DNA of 64,000 nt from an uncultured delta proteobacterium (GTDB lineage Bacteria; Myxococcota; Myxococcia; Myxococcales; Myxococcaceae): the NCBI GenBank assembly GCA_963796055.1, contig CAWCKH010000003.1:714272-778271 (forward strand), given 5' to 3'. A program made the translations under genes and the position numbers. The first letter of the stretch is position 1. Each line of letters opens with the position of its first letter. Of this stretch, positions 57,573-64,000 are shown one piece after another. The notes under the pieces were generated by a model, which had not been told where the DNA came from, did no database searches, and saw only the letters and a program-made list of their open reading frames with translations.

Positions 57573-58585
57573 ACCCCGGCGCGGACGAGTCCAAGGAAGA
57601 ACAAAACCGCGTTTTCGCGGCACAGACCGAGTGGAGGCCGGGTCGCTGGGCCGAAGAAGCGCGGCGAGACCCGGGCCGGAGGAGCTCTTGGGGGGTGCTC
57701 ACGCCGCTGAGGGAGCACGCCGATGCCCGTCTTCAGGCAGGAGTCTCGAGGCTCGGTCTGCACTCACCAGAACCCACGCTGGGGCGGGGAGGGCCGGGGC
57801 GAGCGGCTGAGCGTGCTCGAGGATGGCCTGGGCCGTCGAGGAACGAAGGACGACGGCGACGACGCGGCGGGGGGCCTCCGCAGCGCGGGCGGGTGCGGAC
57901 GTCGGTCCCTTTCCGGTCTTCTGTCGAAGCTGGTCGATCCGCTTCGATGCCTCCGCCTTGGTGGTCCCGCTTCGGCCGCCTCTTCGGCGAGGGTATGCAG
58001 GCACGAGCGGAGCTTTAATATGAGTGCGCGTCCACTCTCACTGCCCCGATGACCCGGCAGAGCGTTCCCGCTCGCCTCCTCGAGTATTCAATCGAGCTTC
58101 TGTTGCTGCCCAGGTGTCAGCAGCACCGGAGTCTTCCCAGCTGCCGGGTCCGAATGGGCGCGAGATTTCGGCTCACTCCTTTCCCGGATCCGAGCGACCT
58201 CTCCAGCGTCTGCGGCCAGGATGCGGTCGAGCACGAGTAGCTGGTTTCCATCCAGCTCCAGCGCACGGGCGAGCAGAGAGACGAAATCGGCTGTCGATGC
58301 CGCCGGACTTACCCGCGACGATCTGCCGCAATTCGCTGACCCCCACAGGTAGACCAGTCCGACCCCCGCTGTAGCGCCCAGAAAAAGACCGCGCGGAGGA
58401 CTCCGCCCGCTCGCGATCGGGCGCTCCTCATGGAGGAAACTCGGTCATACCGCGGCTGTCTGGCGCGAGGCGATGAGGGCGAGCACAGTGCGCTTGCCAG
58501 CGCCGTCTTCGGGCATTTGGGGAGTGCCTTCACGAGGAACCCGGAGAACATTCGTCAGCAGCACCTGGTTATCGAACGTTTCTTT

Positions 58586-59263
58586 CTATTTGTGCGACGA
58601 GGAGCTATCGGATCCAAGATCACGCGTAAAGCGACTTTCTTCGATGAAGACGAATCGTCCGTCGGCCAGCTCCTGTTCGACCGTCAGCGTCCATTCGTCG
58701 CGCGAGATTCGGCTCCATATCTCGCGCTGACGCAGCGAGTGCCCGAGATATGGCTCCAGCGCCATCGCGTACTCGAAGACGAGGCGACCGTCCTTCCAAT
58801 CGTTCGACGTTTCCGCGTAACTACCATACGTTGGCACTCCTACTTCGAGTCGCTTCCATCGCTTCGTCGCTGCATCGAAGGCCAGGTAGCGACTGATATC
58901 TGTCGTGCGGCCCGTAACGCGAACCTCAATCCAGAGGTTGCCGCGGGTCGGTACGATGAGCGCCGGGCTTTCCCGGCGATACTCAGGAAAGCGTGGCGTG
59001 GCAAACAGCCGATAGTGTTCCGTCCACTGACCCTCCATCCAACTGAGCTCGGTCACGCGTTCGCGTGCGACTGCGCGAATGCTGTCCCGTTGCAGTTGCG
59101 GATCACGGGCCGCAACGGCCATGACTTCATCGAACCATGTCGGTATTCCGGCGACGGATGCCGAGGTCGGCGTTAACGGCGCGGGCGGCGTGGTCGGTGC
59201 CCCCCGCGGCGCCGAGGCACAACCGAAGAGCAACGGAATCGCAAGGGCTGAAGTGAAGCGCAC
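58586..59263 (-). CDS. Hypothetical lipoprotein
   Basis: Lipobox LFGC; LSWMEGQW and a beta-rich C-terminus; codon usage less GC-biased than backbone genes. Confidence 0.6.
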   Translation of the reverse strand: MRFTSALAIPLLFGCASAPRGAPTTPPAPLTPTSASVAGIPTWFDEVMAVAARDPQLQRDSIRAVARERVTELSWMEGQWTEHYRLFATPRFPEYRRESPALIVPTRGNLWIEVRVTGRTTDISRYLAFDAATKRWKRLEVGVPTYGSYAETSNDWKDGRLVFEYAMALEPYLGHSLRQREIWSRISRDEWTLTVEQELADGRFVFIEESRFTRDLGSDSSSSHK

Positions 59264-59479
59264 GAGAAGTCCTTGCTAGAGGGAGACGGCCGCGCGCAGC
59301 TGCCCCCGGGTATCCTGCCCAATAGCGGCGCGAACGGCCAGTCAATCCCTGCGAATGCAGCGGAATGGTAGACGCGCCTGCCCGCGCTGCGGCGGTACCC
59401 GCCGGGTGGCGGCCGTCGTCTCGCGCTCGGCCACCGTCCCAAGGCTGGGGCTCAACCACCGGAACTCGCTGACCGGGCG

Positions 59480-59830
59480 GAATATCCTCGAGAACACACG
59501 CGTCGAGATCCTCCGCACCCTGAAGGACAAGTTTCCGGTTCTGGCGCCATGTCTGCCGCCGCCAGGGGTGCCGGCATGTCGAGGAGAGCCAGGAGCGGAC
59601 GCTCCGCTGCTGCCCCAGGCGCCAGATGAAGCTCTGGCCGAAGCCGGTCGTTCGGCCAATCCGCTTCCACGATCTCCGGCACACCACGGCCACCCTGCTT
59701 CTTCCCTTGGGTGTCGCCCTCGTCGTCGTACAGAAAGTGCTCCGGCGCAGAGACCCGAAGACTCACCGAGGCCGTCTACGGGCACCTGGGAATCGACTAC
59801 CTGCGCGACGAAGTGAACCGGCTCAACCGA
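59480..59830 (+). pseudogene. Tyrosine integrase remnant, frameshifted
   Basis: WRHVCRRQGCRH...MKLWPKPVVRPIRFHDLRHTTATLLL...VQKVLRRRDPK, then LTEAVYGHLGIDYLRDEVNRL in another frame. Confidence 0.85.
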
Positions 59831-59945
59831 GCGACGCAACATCGTCGCGGAGGAACTCCGAACCTCGGTTGCGAAAGTGGTGCGGCGGGCAGTCGACCAG
59901 GACTGACGTGTGCTAGTCCCTACGGCAATTTCGACGGGAGGGTCG

Positions 59946-61589
59946 ATGCACCGCGCAGCCGGTCTCTTCGTCGTCCTACTCTTGCCCGCGGCAGCCTGGG
60001 GAGCGGCGCCCGCTCCCGTCGACACGGTCTATACGAACAGTAGGCAGTCTTCACATCCGACCCGTCCCATCCGTGGGTGGAGGCCCTCGCCGTCCGAGGC
60101 GACCGCATCGCAGCCGTCGGGAGCGACGCGGAGATTGGCCGGCTGGCGACTGCCGGAGTCCGGCGTGTCGACCTCGCGGGCCGCAGCGTCATCCCTGGGC
60201 TCAACGATGCCCACCACCACTTCGGTGACTTGTCGGATGACACCCTCCAGCTCGATGCTCCGCGGGGGGCAACCTGGGCCGAGGTGGCGTCCGCCCTGGC
60301 CGCTCGGGCGTCAAAGACCCCGGGCAAGGCCTGCGATCATCGGGCAGATCGGCCCAATGGCCTGGTTCGACCCCAAGGCCACGCGGGAATCCCTGGACGC
60401 GCTCACTGGGGACCATCCGGTGGTGCTGCAGACACTCGGGGGTCATGGGGCGATCGTCAACACCGCTGCGCTCACCTCCCTCGGCCTGGGGACGACACCG
60501 CCCGATCTGCCCGGAGGGTGGTTCGAGCGGACGGGCAAGAGCTCCACGACGAACGGCCGGCTGCTTGAGTCGGCCTGCTTCGACTTCGACGTCCGCCTGC
60601 AGAAGCGGGTCGACCCTGCGACCGTCCACCGTGACTTCCAGGACCTCGTGGCCCGCAAACTCCGGCTCGGCTGGACCAGCCTGCAAACGATGGCCACCGT
60701 ACGGGTGACGGAGATGGTTCCGCTCGCCGTCGCCGATGCCGCTCCCCTCCGCATCCGGGTGATGCGCATCCCGGTCAACACCGCCGACACGGAGGAGATC
60801 CGCGGCCCGGTCCCTGCCATACCCCCGCCCGGCTCCTCCGTCACCGTCTCGGGCCTGAAATGGTCCTCGACGGGACACCATTCGAGAAAACGACCGCCAT
60901 CCGCGGAACCTTCCCCGACGGGACGAAGCCGCGGGAGGTTCCCCGGCTCGGTCCGACTCATGCTCCAGCAGGGAGAGACGCTGCACCAGCCGCTGCTCTT
61001 CCATGCCGTCGGCGAGGTGGCCATTGACGAGCTCTTCACGGCCATGGAGTCGATGCCGGGGGATCGACTGGCGGACTCGCCGCGTTCGGGATCGAACACG
61101 GCGACGAACTCCGGCCCCCGATGTTCGCCCGCGCCAAGCGGTTGGGAATCGTCCTGGTCCAGAACCCCTTCCACCTCGCGTTGCCACCGGGCACGCCCCG
61201 GACCGCCCTTGCCAGAGCCTGGCCGAGCGGGCCGGCGCAACCCCTTCGGTCGGTGGTGGAAGCCGGCATCCCATTCGCCCTGGGCACGGACGGGCCGGCA
61301 ACCCGCACTGAACATCCTTCTGGCGGCGACGAACCCCAACAATCCAGACGAGGCCCTCACCCGGGAGCAGGCTGTCGTCGCCTTCACCCGGGGCGCGGCC
61401 TATGCCGAGTTCGCCGAGAAGGAGAAGGGCACCCTCGCACCGGGGATGCTGGCCGACTTCGTCGTGCTTTCGAAGGACATCTTCACCGCACCGGCCGCGG
61501 ACGTCCCCACCATCCGACCAGTGCTCACCGTCATCGGCGGCAAGGTGGCCTTCGACGCCCTCGCCCCGCCCAACGCCGGGACGCGCTGA
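59946..61589 (+). pseudogene. Amidohydrolase 3 (YtcJ-like), multiply frameshifted
   Basis: EALAVRGDRIAAVG...IPGLNDAHHH, GGHGAIVN, FHAVG, FALGTDG and KGTLAPGMLADFVVL lie in different frames. Confidence 0.85.
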
Positions 61590-61654
61590 CCCCTGTGCCA
61601 GAGGAGGTTCGCGGGCCAGCGCCACGCCTCCGACGCAGAGGGCGCCGCGGACCG

Positions 61655-61750
61655 AGGCGCTCCAGCCCATCCTGCTCCTCGCCTTCGACACGGCATGCGC
61701 AAGGAGGAGCTCCTAGCCCTACGCCGGGAGCAGGTCGCTCTCGATCGCGA
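61655..61750 (+). pseudogene. Tyrosine recombinase box I remnant
   Basis: LQPILLLAFDT then a frameshift to MRKEELLALRREQV (TGMRxxELLxL pattern). Confidence 0.6.
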
Positions 61751-61937
61751 CCCGACCGACGCTCTTACCGGTCTCTCGCACTACCTTGACGGCCTATGCC
61801 TTGAACTCCGGGGTGAAACTCCTCCGCCCCTCGCATCCCGATGGCGGACATGTACGCCTTTCCGTGGTGTCGACCAAAGCAGCGGAAGCCCACATCGTTC
61901 GAGACGCCGTCGGCCAGGCTTCGAGACTCGCGCGGCT

Positions 61938-63705
61938 TCAGTGGCCGCCGTGCGGCTGCCACACCGGCGCGCCGTCTTCCCACTGGTTGTCGGTGAGCTG
62001 TTCGACCTCACTGCCGTCGGTGCGCATGACGAAGATGTACCGTACGGCTGCGGGTTCTGGGTGTTCAGCGCCTCGTCTTTGAATCCGGCACGGCTGCTCG
62101 TGAACACCAGGTGCTCGCCATCGGGGGAGAAGCTGCGTGGGCATCGATGCCGCGGGTGTGGGTGAGGCGGCGCAACCCGCTGCCATCCGGATGGATGGTG
62201 AACACTGAAAAGTCATCGCCCACCTTGCGCGTGAACGCGATCAGATTGCCGCGCGGCGACCAGGCGGGGAAGTTGTCCCGCTCGCGAGTCAACACGGTGA
62301 TCGAATGATCGGCGAGTCCCATGAGCCGCAGTCCCTGGCCCAGGGGGCCGGAGGTGCGGAACACGATCCGCCGGCCCTCGGGCGCAAATGAGGCGAAGGC
62401 GTTGTCGTTGGCGTCAGCGGTCAGGAACGTCAGCCCCGTCCCGTCCGCGTTGAGGAGGGCGAGCTGCGCCTTGCCGCTCGGCGTCGCCGGCACCACATGG
62501 AAGCGGCTGAGGTTGCCCACGGTCAGCAGGAGCTGGTGGCCATCGGCTGTCCATTGCGGCGACAGCAGTGATTCGGCGCTCCGGGTCAATCTCACGCGGT
62601 GGCTGGCCCTCATCGACCACGTACAGGGCCATCGTCTTGCCTGGCGTGCGCACCGTGACGGCAAAGCGCTGGCCCGAGCGATCGTAGGCGGGGAAGAAGG
62701 CACTCCCAAGGAGCTCATAGCGCGGATCCCTGCTGTACAGCGCATGCGGCGCAACCGTGAGGTCCCCCGCGAGCCGGCTGTACACGATGCGGGACCCGTC
62801 GGGGGACCAGCAGGGGGTGGCAAGGTCATCTCCCTTCGGTCCACGGCGGCCGCCCTCGTAGAACACGCCTGGCCGGTCGACCCCAACCCAGGCCAATGCA
62901 CCGGACGGCAGCAACGCCGGGGAGATCATGATGCCGTTGCCAACGGCGACGCGGGTGTCGCGACCGGTGGCGACGTTCAGGCGCAACAGCTGCGTGTCCC
63001 CCCGCTGCGCACCGGTGCGGAATCCGAACGAGGCCTCCGCAGTGCCGCAGTAGACGATGAGGCTGGCGCTGTCGCTCGACCAGCGCGGGCCGCCGCAGAA
63101 TCCTCCGTGGGCCAGATGCGCCTGAGCCCGCGTCCGTCGGGGTGCACGACGAACACATCCAAGAGTTGCAGTCGTTCCCAACCACCGGCGGTGGCCGGCT
63201 GGGGACTGTCGCGGTCCGAGGAGAAAGCGATCCACTGCCCGTCGGGTGACCCGGCCGGGCGAAAATCCCCGCCTCCGCCCGCGGTCAGAGGATGCACAGC
63301 CCGCGTGGCAAGGTCGAGAATCCACAGGCGCGCCTGCCCGCCGCCGCGTGTGGAGACGAAGACAATCTGCCGGCCCTCCGGCGAGAACGCCGCCTGGTCA
63401 TCGAAGGCCGGATCGTCCGTGAGGCGTTCCAGCCCCGTGCCATCCGGGTGGATGCGGTAGATATCCGCCGAGCCGGCCCGCTCCGAGGTGAACGCAATCC
63501 AGTCACCAAGCGCGGACCAGGCTGGGTTGTAGTCGACGTTGCCGGCGCCGGTCAGCGGCTCCTCGTGCGTTTCATCGGCGTGCGCGATGTAGAGACGACC
63601 CGCGGTGGGCGCGAGGCTCATGAACAGGATGCGCTCAGCAGCGCCGGCGGCGCCGTTGATGCCCAGCACGGCGGCCATCAGGAGTCGGATACCCACGGCG
63701 CTCAT
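61938..63705 (-). pseudogene. TolB-like (PD40 repeat) beta-propeller protein, multiply frameshifted
   Basis: DYNPAWS, DDQAAFSPEG, PCWSPDG, DNFPAWSPRG and EDGAPVWQP are spread over several frames; signal peptide from ATG 63705. Confidence 0.85.
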
Positions 63706-64000
63706 GACCTTTCGCAGCGCGGGTAATGCCGTTGGACGAGTTCGTCCCGCCGCCTGAGCCAGAGGAGAGGGGGAAGCTGCCAGAGGCGCTCGGCGGGCGT
63801 GCCCACGCCTCGGAGGGTAGAGCAATCGAGGCCCGTCGTCAGACCCAGTCCTCGAGTCCGTGCCTCTGTTGCGACTGTATGAGTTCTTGCAGAAGTCTGC
63901 TGGTCGGGCCTCCAAGCCAACGGTTGCGTGTTCGGGTCATGCCGAATCGCTCGTCGCCGAGCCGTGCGCTCGGTGGGGCTACCAGCCTTGTTCTTCCTCA

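Larger units (their letters stand above)
57168..64000. mobile_element. Integrative element 3 / decayed region; right boundary not visible
   Basis: Begins with an att core, arm region and HTH; contains further integrase remnants and multiply frameshifted genes. Confidence 0.55.

Noticed and set aside
57573..58560. Protein-coding genes in this interval
   Set aside because: Several short overlapping ORFs, none with recognisable motifs or a convincing start.

Overview
High-GC window of a myxobacterium-like (Myxococcota) chromosome; the taxon is inferred from MYXO-CTERM, the Mx8/Mx9-type integrase and gene context. 1-23.5 kb is mostly backbone: cyclase, prfA-prmC-murA, secreted proteases/lipoproteins and a sigma54-controlled ABC export/two-component cluster. 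23.7-31.1 kb holds an Ig-repeat surface lipoprotein pair and a triple-HTH protein. From 31.2 kb to the end lies a tandem array of at least three integrative elements, separated by copies of the 3' half of tRNA-Gly(CCC) at 31195, 45130 and 57169. Element 1 carries the main find: two back-to-back fluoride (crcB-class) riboswitches at 38058-38108 (-) and 38227-38288 (+). They head a leftward operon (dynamin-like GTPase, enolase, HIT, HAD, P-loop ATPase, second dynamin-like GTPase) and a rightward operon (CPA2 antiporter, DUF190-CBS, USP). No Fluc/CrcB or CLC-F gene is present in the window, and an ars operon follows. Element 2 (45.1-57.2 kb) carries a TonB/CDF metal module with a putative leader peptide and an integrase whose C-terminal HTH is restored in frame only on excision. 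Element 3 is heavily decayed. All calls come from manual motif reading; no database searches were run.
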